DNA of 64,000 nucleotides from a bacterium (GTDB lineage Bacteria; UBA8248): NCBI GenBank assembly GCA_965207065.1, contig OZ242260.1, positions 3,296,001 to 3,360,000 of the forward strand, read 5' to 3'. Shown piece by piece: positions 20,147 to 29,730 of this stretch (position 1 is its first letter; each line of letters starts with the position of its first letter). The notes under the pieces were generated by a model. It saw only the letters and a program-made list of their open reading frames with translations, ran no database searches and was not told where the DNA came from. The position numbers and the translations under genes were made by a program.

Positions 20147-21031
20147 TCACCGTATCCGCCAGCCGATGAGGGCCGCGCCGACCACCATGCACGCCGTGCC
20201 GACAAGGATGGCGGGCGTGATGCGCTCCACGCGCCTGAGAAGGAAAAAGCTCATGGCGAGACTGAAGATGGGGGCCGTCGAGGTGAGGGGAGCCACAATC
20301 GAGAGGTCGCCGATGCTGATGGCGGTGAAGTGCAGGAAAAACCCGAGCGCGTTCAGCAATCCGCACAGCCCGAAGATGTACCAGGCCTTGGGGCGGTCGA
20401 ACTGGTTCGGTTTCTGGTCCTTTGGAAACAGCGGGATGAAGGTGAGCAGGAAGAGGAACCCCGACAGTGTCGTGAGGGTGGCGCCCATGACGGGGGCCTC
20501 GACGTGGGCGAAGGCGAGTTTTCGGAATAGAAACGAGAATGCGGCGGTGACGGCGCTGAAGAACGCGAGGATGAGGTGTTTTCTCTGCCATGAGGTGTCG
20601 TCGGATTTTTTGTAGCTGAGCGCGACGCTGCCCAGGACGATGGAAAGCGTGCCCGCCAGGATGAGCGCGCCCGGCCGCTCGCCGAGGAAGGCGATGGCGA
20701 GCGAGGTGGAGAACAGAGGCGTCAGCGAGACGAACGGCATCGCGCGCGCGACGCCCAGGTAGGAGATACTGAGATATAGAAACACGCGCGACATGGCCGG
20801 CCCGGTGAGTCCCGCCAGCGAGAAGAAGAAAAACGCATGGAGGTTCCACCACTCGGGCTGCCAGTAATACCAGGTGACGGCGAGCATCACGGGCAGCGAT
20901 GTGAACAGGCCGATGAAGACGCCCGTGAGCGCGTTTGCGTGCTCGCCGCCCTTCCTGATGCACACGCTGAAGGTGGCGAAAACCACGGCGGTGGACATGG
21001 CGTAGGATGCGGCGACTAGCTGGGGGTTCAT
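20147..21031 (-). CDS. DMT/EamA family transporter
   Basis: Two EamA repeats (LGVARA..SLTPLF..FLGE; SIVAPL..PIFS..ERIT). Confidence 0.9.
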   Translation of the reverse strand: MNPQLVAASYAMSTAVVFATFSVCIRKGGEHANALTGVFIGLFTSLPVMLAVTWYYWQPEWWNLHAFFFFSLAGLTGPAMSRVFLYLSISYLGVARAMPFVSLTPLFSTSLAIAFLGERPGALILAGTLSIVLGSVALSYKKSDDTSWQRKHLILAFFSAVTAAFSFLFRKLAFAHVEAPVMGATLTTLSGFLFLLTFIPLFPKDQKPNQFDRPKAWYIFGLCGLLNALGFFLHFTAISIGDLSIVAPLTSTAPIFSLAMSFFLLRRVERITPAILVGTACMVVGAALIGWRIR

Positions 21032-21301
21032 CCGGTTCTCGGGGGTTAAGGCATACTCGGGACGTTGTGCGCGACAAATTCGGCGAACTTCAATCTACAG
21101 CCTGCGCGCGTACTTGGGAAGGGGGGGCGGGGTTTCCTCTTGCGTCCTGTAAGGGCGTACACCCTCGATTCAGGCGGTAGGGTCAACCTCCCATTTCGGC
21201 GGATTTGATGCAGTGACTTGCGCTTGCTAAAATTTCAATCTTAAAACCAAACGCGCGCGGAAGTCGTCCCGTCCGTAATGCCAACACATCGGAGATCATC
21301 C

Positions 21302-22339
21302 ATGAAGCCCAAGACATTGATTATCGTCGTTTTCGCCTTAATCCTCGGCCTGAGCGCCTTCGTCTCCCTGCCCGGAAGAGCCGAAGCCGCCTGCAAGGTC
21401 CGCATCGGCGACCTGAACTGGGACAGCGCCAATTTTCACGGCCAGGTGGCCGCCTTCATCCTCGAGCACGGCTACGACTGCCGGGTGCGGCTCATCTACG
21501 GCGGCACGCTTCCGACCATGGCGGCCCACTACGAGGGGAAGAACGACCTGATCATGGAGCTTTGGTACGACAGCACGAAGGATCAGTACGACATCGCGGA
21601 GAAGAAGGGCAAGGTCAGGAAGCTGAGCGTGAACACGCCCGACAGCATACAGGGCTGGTTCATCCCGCGCTTCGTCCAGAAGGCGAACCCGGGTCTCAAG
21701 ACGGTCTACGACCTCGCGAAGTACAAGCACCTGTTCAAGGACCCAGAAGAACCCTCAAAAGGCCGGTTCGTGAACTGCATCCCCGGCTGGGCGTGCGAGG
21801 TCATCAACACGGTGAAGCTGCGTGCCTACGGGCTGGACAAACATTTCACGAATTTCCGGCCCGGTTCGGGCGGCGCGCTCGCGGCGGCCATCAAGGGGGC
21901 GTATCTCAAGAAAAAGCCGGTCGTGGCCTATTACTGGGCGCCGACGCCGCTCCTGGGACAGCTCGATCTCGTCCAGCTCGAAGAACCTGCATGGAACGAG
22001 GCCGACTGGGACGCGATGATGAAGCACGTGAGCGCGCTCAAGAAGGGCGGGGCCGAGGCCATGGGAAACCCCGGGAAGGCCGTCGCCTACCGGACGATGG
22101 AGCTGCCCAAAACGGTCACGACGCAGTTTGCGGCCAAACATCCGGAGATCGTCGCTTTCCTCGAGAAATACTCGCTTCCCTCCAAAGTCGTCTCGGAGGT
22201 GCTCTCCTATCTCGAGAAAGATGCCGGCGGCGACGCGAAGGTCACCGCGATCCACTTCCTGAAGACCAACAAGGTCTGGAAGAAGTGGGTGCCGGCCGAC
22301 GTCGCACGCAAGGTCGATGCGGCGCTTAAATCTTCCTGA
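21302..22339 (+). CDS. Glycine betaine/proline ABC substrate-binding protein (ProX-like)
   Basis: Signal peptide, LNWDSA, ILEHGY, ELW, FKDPEEPSKGRF.NC..GWACE, YYWAPT. Confidence 0.9.
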   Translation: MKPKTLIIVVFALILGLSAFVSLPGRAEAACKVRIGDLNWDSANFHGQVAAFILEHGYDCRVRLIYGGTLPTMAAHYEGKNDLIMELWYDSTKDQYDIAEKKGKVRKLSVNTPDSIQGWFIPRFVQKANPGLKTVYDLAKYKHLFKDPEEPSKGRFVNCIPGWACEVINTVKLRAYGLDKHFTNFRPGSGGALAAAIKGAYLKKKPVVAYYWAPTPLLGQLDLVQLEEPAWNEADWDAMMKHVSALKKGGAEAMGNPGKAVAYRTMELPKTVTTQFAAKHPEIVAFLEKYSLPSKVVSEVLSYLEKDAGGDAKVTAIHFLKTNKVWKKWVPADVARKVDAALKSS

Positions 22340-22390
22340 GTCGTCCCGGCGCGTCCAGCAATCCAGATAGGGCAGGGGAGGGACCCATAA

Positions 22391-22410
22391 GGACAGGTCG
22401 CGACCTGTCC
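22391..22410. repeat. REP core palindrome
   Basis: GGACAGGTCGCGACCTGTCC perfect palindrome, also at about 19889, 25927, 27658 and 30580. Confidence 0.8.
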
Positions 22411-22460
22411 CGGCCATCAGTGCGACGATCCTTCCATTGCGGACGGGTCCATCATCCCCA

Positions 22461-22527
22461 CCGTCTTCCATTTTTCATGAACTTTCCACGATTTTGTAAC
22501 GCGCGCGCCATGAGGGGCCGCTATAAT
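22461..22527 (+). promoter_or_regulatory. Pho-box-like promoter of phoX
   Basis: Degenerate CTGTCAT-like heptamers at 11-nt spacing (22461, 22472, 22483, 22494, 22505); the last ends 10 nt before a perfect TATAAT at 22522. Confidence 0.55.
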
Positions 22528-22614
22528 CCCTCCCGAACAAAAGGATTCTTCGACAAAGGCGTGTTTTCGCGCGCCTACCGTTAAACACGAATTTCACAAA
22601 ATGGGGGATGAGAA

Positions 22615-24540
22615 ATGTTTGATGACCGAACGCGCGACGCGCAGCTCGCCGCGCACGAGGAGTACTCGCCGGATGAGTTCGACGATATCCATTATCCGCG
22701 GCCGCAAGCGACGGATTTCGAAAAGCTGGCGGAGAAGATGATCTCCCGGCGCGGCTTCCTGGGTAAGGGGGCCGCCTTCGCCGCGACGGCGTTCGTGATG
22801 AGCGCCGGGGGAATCGATCCTCTTTCCGCCTTCGCGAACGCGAACCGCTTCGGCTTCGAGGCCGTGCCCGCCAACACTCTTGATACGATCACCGTGCCCA
22901 AGGGCTACAGCTGGCACGTCGTCGCAAGGTGGGGCGACCCCATATGGACGAAGGGGCCCGGGTTCGACCACGCCACGCGCGGCACGGGTGCGAGCCAGGA
23001 GCTCGCCTTCGGGGACAACAACGACGGCATGTCGCTCTTTCATGCGGGCGGCAGGAACGTCCTGGCCGTCAACAACGAGTACGTGAACATCGACATCATC
23101 CACGGAGGCAAGGGCGGTGGAAAGCCAGCGACGGCCGACGACGTGCGCAAGAGCAAGGCGGCGCACGGGGTGTCCGTGGTGGAGATAGCGCAAAAGGGCG
23201 GCAAATGGTCGGTCGTCAAGGACTCGACCTACAACCGCAAGATAACGCCCGACACGCCGATGGAGATCACCGGCCCCGCGCGGGGCCACGCTCTCATGAA
23301 GACGGCCGCGGACCCCAAGGGTGAGCAAAGTCTCGGCACCTGGAACAACTGCGGGAACGGCGCGACGCCGTGGGGCACGTATCTCACGTGCGAGGAGAAT
23401 TTTCACGTTTATTTCTCCTCGAGCGACCTCAGTGTGAAGGTTTCGCCCGAGTTCAGGCGCTACGGCGTGGGCGGCAAGGGCCGGGGATACCGCTGGGAGA
23501 TGACGGATGAGCGCTTCGATATCGCCAAACATCCCAATGAGCCGAACCGCGCGGGCTACATCGTCGAGATCGACCCGCTCGATCCTGAATCCACACCCAA
23601 GAAACGAACCGCGCTCGGGCGCTTCAAGCACGAGAATGCCGAAGTCGTACTCGCCGCGAATGGTCAGGTGGTCGTCTATATGGGTGACGATGAGCGCGGC
23701 GAGTTCATCTACAGGTTCGTGAGCGAGGGCCGCTACGCCGAGGGCGGAGACAACTCGAATCTTCTGGAGACGGGCAAGCTCTACGCGGCGAAGTTCGCCG
23801 AGGATGGCCGGGGCGAGTGGGTAGAGCTGACGCCCAAAACCACCGGGATGGCCTCGATGGCTGAGATTTGCGTCCACACGCGGGTCGCGGCTTCCGCCGT
23901 CAAGGCGACGACGATGGACCGCGCCGAGTGGGTGGCGGCGAACCCAAAGAAGGCGGAGGTCTACTGCTGTCTCACCAACAACAAGAACCGGGGCGTCAAG
24001 CCCAACAAGGGCGGCGACCCCACCCCCGTCGGCGGGCCGAACCCCCGCGCAAAGAACAGCTACGGGCAGATTGTCCGCTGGGCGCCGGACGGGGGCGATC
24101 ACCTCTCGAACGCATTCACGTGGGACCTCTACGTGGTCGCGGGCAACCCCGCCGTCCACAAGGGTGCCAACGCCGGTTCCCCGAACGTGACGCCGGACAA
24201 CATGTTCAACTCCCCCGACGGCCTCGCCTTCGACAGGAACGGCATGCTGTGGATACAGACCGACGGCAAGTACACGAACACCAAGGGCTTCGCGGGCCAG
24301 GGCAACAACCAGATGCTTGTCGGTGATCCGGTGATGGGCGAAATACGCCGCTTCATGGTGGGTCCCAGGCAGTGCGAGGTCACGGGCATCGAGTGGAGCG
24401 CGGACGGGCGGACCATGTTCGTGGGGGTCCAGCACCCCGGCGAGAAGGGCGGCGACAGCCACTTTCCGGACGGCGGCAATACGACGCCGCGCTCGGCGGT
24501 GGTCGCCATCACGCGTGATGACGGGGGCGTTATCGGTTGA
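22615..24540 (+). CDS. phoX: PhoX family alkaline phosphatase (Tat-exported)
   Basis: SRRGFL Tat motif, GDNNDG, NNCGNG.TPWGTYLTCEEN, ALGRFKHE, MDRAE, SPDGL, QTDG, QHPGE. Confidence 0.96.
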   Translation: MFDDRTRDAQLAAHEEYSPDEFDDIHYPRPQATDFEKLAEKMISRRGFLGKGAAFAATAFVMSAGGIDPLSAFANANRFGFEAVPANTLDTITVPKGYSWHVVARWGDPIWTKGPGFDHATRGTGASQELAFGDNNDGMSLFHAGGRNVLAVNNEYVNIDIIHGGKGGGKPATADDVRKSKAAHGVSVVEIAQKGGKWSVVKDSTYNRKITPDTPMEITGPARGHALMKTAADPKGEQSLGTWNNCGNGATPWGTYLTCEENFHVYFSSSDLSVKVSPEFRRYGVGGKGRGYRWEMTDERFDIAKHPNEPNRAGYIVEIDPLDPESTPKKRTALGRFKHENAEVVLAANGQVVVYMGDDERGEFIYRFVSEGRYAEGGDNSNLLETGKLYAAKFAEDGRGEWVELTPKTTGMASMAEICVHTRVAASAVKATTMDRAEWVAANPKKAEVYCCLTNNKNRGVKPNKGGDPTPVGGPNPRAKNSYGQIVRWAPDGGDHLSNAFTWDLYVVAGNPAVHKGANAGSPNVTPDNMFNSPDGLAFDRNGMLWIQTDGKYTNTKGFAGQGNNQMLVGDPVMGEIRRFMVGPRQCEVTGIEWSADGRTMFVGVQHPGEKGGDSHFPDGGNTTPRSAVVAITRDDGGVIG

Positions 24541-24590
24541 ACGCCCATCAGGCTCAGTAGCGCCACGCTGTACCCGCCATATTAAATGCC

Positions 24591-24620
24591 TCGCCCCCTT
24601 GCGGGCGGGGCGTTTTTTTT
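24591..24620 (+). terminator. Rho-independent terminator after phoX
   Basis: CGCCCC...GGGGCG stem followed by T8. Confidence 0.7.
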
Positions 24621-24691
24621 CGCACACTTGGCCGCGACAGAAAAAGTTCAGTTTTGAGAAAATGAAACACGTAATAAAGGACGCATACGAA

Positions 24692-25780
24692 ATGAATAGT
24701 CAGAAACCCATCGAATACGCCTGGTATCTGCCCTCGAACAAGCGGGGGGACGCCACCAGGCTCGGCACCGGGGAGGTGGAGATACCGCCCGAGATCGACT
24801 ATCTCGTCCACGTCGCCAAGACGGCGGAGGCGAGCGGTCTGACGAACATGCTCATCCCGTGCAACACCTCGTGCTCGGACGGCTGGCTCCTGGCCTCAGC
24901 GATCGCCCGTGAGACCAGCAGCATCAAATTCTGCGTCGCCATCCGCCCCGGCCTCACCACGCCGACCTTCGCCGTGCAGCAGGCGAACACGCTCGACTTC
25001 ATCTCGGGCGGGAGGCTGACGGTGAACGTGGTTCCCGGCGGCTCTTCGGTGGACGCAAGGCGCTACGGGGACTGGGCGGGTCACGACGGACGATACGAGC
25101 GGGCTGATGAGTTTCTGGACATCGTACGCGCGTTCTGGGTGGATGAGGACGCCAGGGTGAACTACGAGGGCGCGCACTACCAGGTGGAGGACGGCTTCGT
25201 CTTCCCCGGACCCGCGCGACCGGGCGGGCCGCCTCTTTATTTCGGGGGAAGCTCGCCAGCGGCCAAGAAGGTCATCGCCAAGCACGCCGACGTTTTCCTG
25301 AAATGGGGGGAACCTCCCTGGCAGATCGCCGAGGAATACGAGGAAGTCAAAAAGATGGCGCGCGAGGAGCATGGCCGGGACCTCAAGCTCGGCGTGCGCT
25401 TCCACATCCTGGTGCGCGAGGACGACGCGCAGGCCAAGGAGGAAGCCGAGTCCATCATCGCGGGAACGGCGTCCTACGGAGAGAGTTCATCGGTCACCGG
25501 CGAGGTGGCCGGGCAGGTGGAATCCGTCTCCCAGCAGCGCATGAACGCCATGACGGCGGAGGGGAAGCTCTGGCACGGCCCCGCGCTCTTCTCGGGCATC
25601 AACCTCGTGCGGCAGGGGGCGGGCACCATGCTCGTGGGCAGCCCAGAGGTGGTGGCGGACGCCATGCGCGAATACATCGACGTGGGCGCGACCACGTTCA
25701 TCCTCTCCGGCTGGCCGCATGACGATGAGGCGCGAAATTTCGGGAAGTACCTGCTGCCGTTGTTGCCGGATGCGGTGTGA
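24692..25780 (+). CDS. LLM-class flavin-dependent monooxygenase (SsuD-like)
   Basis: AIRPG..PT, TLD.ISGGRL, RYERADEF, LYFGGSS, WGEP, LVGSPE, FILSG.PH. Confidence 0.9.
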   Translation: MNSQKPIEYAWYLPSNKRGDATRLGTGEVEIPPEIDYLVHVAKTAEASGLTNMLIPCNTSCSDGWLLASAIARETSSIKFCVAIRPGLTTPTFAVQQANTLDFISGGRLTVNVVPGGSSVDARRYGDWAGHDGRYERADEFLDIVRAFWVDEDARVNYEGAHYQVEDGFVFPGPARPGGPPLYFGGSSPAAKKVIAKHADVFLKWGEPPWQIAEEYEEVKKMAREEHGRDLKLGVRFHILVREDDAQAKEEAESIIAGTASYGESSSVTGEVAGQVESVSQQRMNAMTAEGKLWHGPALFSGINLVRQGAGTMLVGSPEVVADAMREYIDVGATTFILSGWPHDDEARNFGKYLLPLLPDAV

Positions 25781-25799
25781 GGGGGTGTCGTTCCCGTGT

Positions 25800-26188
25800 G
25801 TAGGTCGGACATATATGTCCGACGTATACGCGACCCTGCCTTTTCGCCTACCGACGACGGGTCGCATATATGCGACCCCTACAATCGATTCAACCCGGTG
25901 AAGAGATGTTTGGTTTTTCTGAGTAGGGACAGGTCGCGACCTGTCCCTACGGTATCGGAATCTGTGAGGTGGTAGGGACAACCCCTCCTCGGGGTTGTCC
26001 TGCCCTCCGTGGTTGTCTTTTTTCAGGGTGGTCACGATTCGGACAGGCACAGGGGCCTGTCCCTACGGGTTCAAAAGGCGCGGGCCGCATATATGCGGCC
26101 CCTACACGGAACATCGCCACTCACGATTTGATGTAGGGGTCGCGTATACGCGACCCGTTGTTTTTCGGACAGGTACGAGGGCCTTTCC
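25800..26188. repeat. Large REP/REPIN cluster between convergent genes
   Basis: At least seven GTAG/CTAC-bounded hairpins, including GTCGGACATATATGTCCGAC, GGGTCGCATATATGCGACCC, GGACAGGTCGCGACCTGTCC, GGACAACCCC..GGGGTTGTCC and GGGCCGCATATATGCGGCCC. Confidence 0.88.
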
Positions 26189-26195
26189 CAATCTA

Positions 26196-27143
26196 TTATC
26201 TATCAATCAGGATATCGCCCGAAATCGAGGCCAGATCCTTGCAGCCTGCCAGCACCATGGATTTCTCAAGCTCCGCCTGCAGGAGTTCGAGCATTTCTAC
26301 CACGCCGGCGGGACCGCCTGCGAAAAGGCCGAGCACGAGCGCACGGCCCGAGGTGACGCCCTTGGCCCCCTGGGCGAGTAATTTCAATACATCGTCTCCC
26401 CTACGGACGCCGCTTTCGGCCAGCACCAGCACGTCGTCACCAACGGCATCCACGACCTCGGGCAGAATTTCCATGGGATGGCCCCAGGAAGGTCCGTGCG
26501 CGCCGCCGTGCGTGGTGACGATGATGGCCGCGGCCCCTGCGTCTCGCGCGATGCGCGCGGTATCGGCGGAACCCACCGCCTTGAAGACGAAGGGAAGCCC
26601 GGTGGCTTTCACGTAGCCTTCTAGCGCGTCCGCTCTCTGCGGTTCGCATTCTGGGTTATAGAAGCCGGACTCGAAATCCATGCCCACGGCGAAGGCGCCG
26701 GTGTCTTCCGCGAGTTTTAACGACGTAAGCGTGCGCCCCTTGTCCCGCCATGGCTTTACGACCCGGATGGAGGAGGGGTAGGCGGCGGCTGCCTCGCGCC
26801 AGGTGTCGTCCGTGCAGTCGCCTATCCAGTACTGCGTGCCGAAACGCGCAGCGCCTTCCGCCACCTGCAAAAAACCATCCGCCCAGTGGGCCGCGAGCGT
26901 GTTCGCGCTCATTGAGCCCGTCATGATGGGGGTTTTCAGCTTCTTGCCGAGAAAGTCGAATTCGGTGTCAGCCGTATCGGTGAGCATCAGGCGCATTCTC
27001 AAGCCGAAGCGCTCGTAACCCATGAGCGCCGTCTCGGTTCCGGGCAGGTCGGGCCCCAGGATGTCGTATGGATTGCCAGCTCCCATTTTTTCCACGTTTA
27101 CCTGCGCCCGTTCGTAAATTTCCTGATACGCCGCCTCGGTCAT
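26196..27143 (-). CDS. FMN-dependent alpha-hydroxy-acid oxidase/dehydrogenase-like protein (divergent)
   Basis: LPFVFKAV, GAAAIIVTTHGG, ESGVRRGDDVLK.LA.GA, GR phosphate-binding motif. Confidence 0.85.
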   Translation of the reverse strand: MTEAAYQEIYERAQVNVEKMGAGNPYDILGPDLPGTETALMGYERFGLRMRLMLTDTADTEFDFLGKKLKTPIMTGSMSANTLAAHWADGFLQVAEGAARFGTQYWIGDCTDDTWREAAAAYPSSIRVVKPWRDKGRTLTSLKLAEDTGAFAVGMDFESGFYNPECEPQRADALEGYVKATGLPFVFKAVGSADTARIARDAGAAAIIVTTHGGAHGPSWGHPMEILPEVVDAVGDDVLVLAESGVRRGDDVLKLLAQGAKGVTSGRALVLGLFAGGPAGVVEMLELLQAELEKSMVLAGCKDLASISGDILIDR

Positions 27144-27318
27144 CTGGTCACACTCCTTATTCTCTTGATATTTTCTCGTTCAATGCGATTTACGGTTTCT
27201 CGCGCCAGCCCGCCGCATCTGGGCGTTTGGCGGATTCGCCACCCTGGGCTATCATTTCCGGCAAATCATATGAAGCACGATGAGCGCATCAGCCAATCCA
27301 GACAGCCAGGAGGACTTA

Positions 27319-27630
27319 ATGATGATGATGGTCATTCTACACTATCCCGCCGTCGCGCCCACGCTCGCCGAGGTCCGCGCGGACAAGGAACAGGCCGCCG
27401 CCTTTTTCGAGAACGAGGTGCCCGGCCTCATCGACAAGACGTGGGGCATGAACGAGGAGACGGGGCGCATGGCGTCCGTCTACCATTTCGAGGACAAGGC
27501 CACCGCCGACGCCTGGTTCAACTCCGAGAAACAGCGCAGCTTCCGCCGGGCGAACAACGCGAGCCTCGAATACTTCGACGTAGCGGCGATCGCGTATACG
27601 AAGCCGCTGAGGGAAGAAGCCACGGCGTAG
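27319..27630 (+). CDS. YdhR-like monooxygenase family protein
   Basis: VPGLIDKTW..NEETG..ASVYHFED; GGAGG RBS before an ATGx4 run. Confidence 0.75.
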   Translation: MMMMVILHYPAVAPTLAEVRADKEQAAAFFENEVPGLIDKTWGMNEETGRMASVYHFEDKATADAWFNSEKQRSFRRANNASLEYFDVAAIAYTKPLREEATA

Positions 27631-27653
27631 GGTTTCGTAGGGATGGGGAAGTG

Positions 27654-27681
27654 GTAGGGACAGGTCGCGACCTGTCCCTAC
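27654..27681. repeat. REP palindrome
   Basis: GTAGGGACAGGTCGCGACCTGTCCCTAC perfect 28-nt palindrome. Confidence 0.85.
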
Positions 27682-27696
27682 AAAATCAATTATGCC

Positions 27697-27725
27697 TTCG
27701 TAGGGGCGGACCTAGGTGTCCGCCC
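27697..27725 (+). repeat. REP, left boundary of the low-GC cassette
   Basis: TTCGTAGGGGCGGACCTAGGTGTCCGCCC; 26/29 identical to the reverse complement of 29731-29759. Confidence 0.85.
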
Positions 27726-27756
27726 TGTTTGTTGGGATATATTCGGCTTTCAAACA

Positions 27757-28632
27757 TCAAGACAAAGATTCCAAAGAAATCGCTATTTTACTATCCACTT
27801 CTACGGCATAAGCCTTTTCATTTATGACTTGCAAATTGAATTGGGCCGGGTTTGGGAGAATAGCGGATTTCTTTAGAGCATCCGCCACGACTAGTTCAAT
27901 GTTGTCAATAATCCATTGTTGTGCCGAACGAACCCAACTGACATGACGAGATGATTCTAACTGTGCATGAATACTGCTACCTGCTGATGTCATTCCTCCA
28001 CCAGGGGCGTAATAAGAAATTCCATCTTCTATTTCTATGTAACAGTTCATATTTGCCTTCCGCAGAGCTTTGATTTCTTCGTCGGAATAGCGGTTTCCCT
28101 TGAATCCGTTGAGTTGATATCGGCTTAGCAAATCCGGCCAATTATGATGTATCGTCTTGATTAATTTCTGAGATGTAAAATCTTCATGTGAAAGAACGTC
28201 GATGAAATAAGCAAATTCTTTTTCGAAAAGACAATAAAGTAGAGGACTAGTGCGTTCTGCAAATCCATCTGGCTCAACCTTTCTACCAAGATGCAAATGA
28301 TGTATCCCCCAATCATTCAACAATAAGTCATTGTAATTCAGGTCACAGATTTTCTTACTCAAATAAGGGTTTATATTACCGCCACTTTCTATGAGGCGCT
28401 CAATCCTTTTGAGAATGTCATTAAATTCGGGAGCGTGCGAGAAATTCTTTGACTTGAAAACCTGACGAGGTTCCAATGATATCAAACGCCTGTAGATGTT
28501 GAAATATACGCGTATTATTTCCTCACTATTGGCAATGCTGCTTACATCATAGCCTATACGGGCGAGTTCAGAGCGGTAAAGCATCACAAAGTCACTGTAA
28601 AGATCTATTTTGACCAACCTAGATTTAGCCAT
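27757..28632 (-). CDS. Hypothetical protein with a possible YafO/RelE-like RNase core
   Basis: Very low-GC 291-aa ORF; DWGIHHLHL...RTSPLLYC...YFIDVLSH pattern; AAGGAAA RBS, 18 nt after the upstream gene. Confidence 0.6.
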   Translation of the reverse strand: MAKSRLVKIDLYSDFVMLYRSELARIGYDVSSIANSEEIIRVYFNIYRRLISLEPRQVFKSKNFSHAPEFNDILKRIERLIESGGNINPYLSKKICDLNYNDLLLNDWGIHHLHLGRKVEPDGFAERTSPLLYCLFEKEFAYFIDVLSHEDFTSQKLIKTIHHNWPDLLSRYQLNGFKGNRYSDEEIKALRKANMNCYIEIEDGISYYAPGGGMTSAGSSIHAQLESSRHVSWVRSAQQWIIDNIELVVADALKKSAILPNPAQFNLQVINEKAYAVEVDSKIAISLESLS

Positions 28633-28650
28633 GCGCCTGAACGGTTTCCT

Positions 28651-29625
28651 TCAATCGCCCATATTTCCCTGATGCTTGCGCCAAAGATAGCTAGCGAAAG
28701 AAGCGCATGCGCCAAGCATAAACACTGCCTCATCCATGCCTACATTGGCTTCTGTTTGATCTTTTAGCGCATGTCGAATTCCTGGCTCATCCGAAGAAAA
28801 TGAATAGAGTTTCACAAACGCTTCCTTGAGCGCAGGATGAAACCCTCCGTCATTCTCGATTGATTTCAGGACCAGATCTAGTCTCTTGGTCTTAGGAGCA
28901 AGCGTCCGCGCAACGGACTCTACTGCGTGAATGCTCTCCTTGATGCTCTCCGCCCAGTCACCTTGGTTGATGAATTCAGAAGCATTTTGCAGATGGGTCA
29001 CGCCGCCACTCAAACCGGCTTCTCGAAGAGTTCGTAAGGAGTCGACGAGCGCATCTTTTTCTTCCTGTGTAGCGGCGGGAAGGATTGTCGGTGGTGGGCC
29101 TATTTCTACAATGTAAGCCAGTTTGGAAAGTGTAAATGCTTCCTTCATGTCGTTAATGAAATGGGAGGGACAATCAGGATGACGCATCACAAACTGAATA
29201 AGGTCGAACACTTTATTAAATGCTCGCGTATTTTCGACATAATTTTTAAGATTAGAAGCGATTTGCCCTAAATATTGACCTTCGCCACCTTTAGGTGTAC
29301 CGGCGAAACGTACTTGACGAAATCGAGAAGCAATTTGGCGTAGATGGGCATCCCACTTATCCAATGGGAGACTAAAGTAGTCACTGTGCACAGAACTCAT
29401 AATGTCTCGCCAAGGGTTAATTAGGTAAGGGTATCCCATCAGATCACGATCAACGGACTGGTCAAGGCTTTCGTAAATAACATTCCAAATGTGTGTTCTC
29501 GCTTCTTGGGGCAGTTCTTTCAATTTAAACGGTCCAGGGATCTCCTCGTAACCATTGGCTTGGGAGAAAGTAAGGTTTCGCGTGTCGAGGGGTGTTTCGG
29601 TTGGGTTTTGACCTTGTGAGTTCAT
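28651..29625 (-). CDS. AbiJ-NTD-like protein with C-terminal HEPN-like domain
   Basis: N-terminal FSQANGY...RTHIWN; C-terminal HL.NA...SIKESIHAVES...HPALK.AF.KLY.FSSDEPGIRHA, typical of Abi-type proteins. Confidence 0.7.
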   Translation of the reverse strand: MNSQGQNPTETPLDTRNLTFSQANGYEEIPGPFKLKELPQEARTHIWNVIYESLDQSVDRDLMGYPYLINPWRDIMSSVHSDYFSLPLDKWDAHLRQIASRFRQVRFAGTPKGGEGQYLGQIASNLKNYVENTRAFNKVFDLIQFVMRHPDCPSHFINDMKEAFTLSKLAYIVEIGPPPTILPAATQEEKDALVDSLRTLREAGLSGGVTHLQNASEFINQGDWAESIKESIHAVESVARTLAPKTKRLDLVLKSIENDGGFHPALKEAFVKLYSFSSDEPGIRHALKDQTEANVGMDEAVFMLGACASFASYLWRKHQGNMGD

Positions 29626-29730
29626 TCTTTTGCTTACTTCGTGGGCAATTCGGGCGGGCCAGTACATTATCGCATAAGACGAGCATAACGGCGAGATGTG
29701 GGAAGTTTTGAATAGGGGAGGATGCAAAGC

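Noticed and set aside
22594-24627. Long antisense or alternative-frame ORFs (677 aa here; also 12783-14285, 18414-19961, 33760-34905)
   Set aside because: Shadow frames of well-supported GC-rich genes with no recognisable motifs.
25800-26188. Repeat clusters as a CRISPR array
   Set aside because: Units vary in sequence and orientation, spacing is irregular and there are no cas genes; they fit REP/BIME elements.
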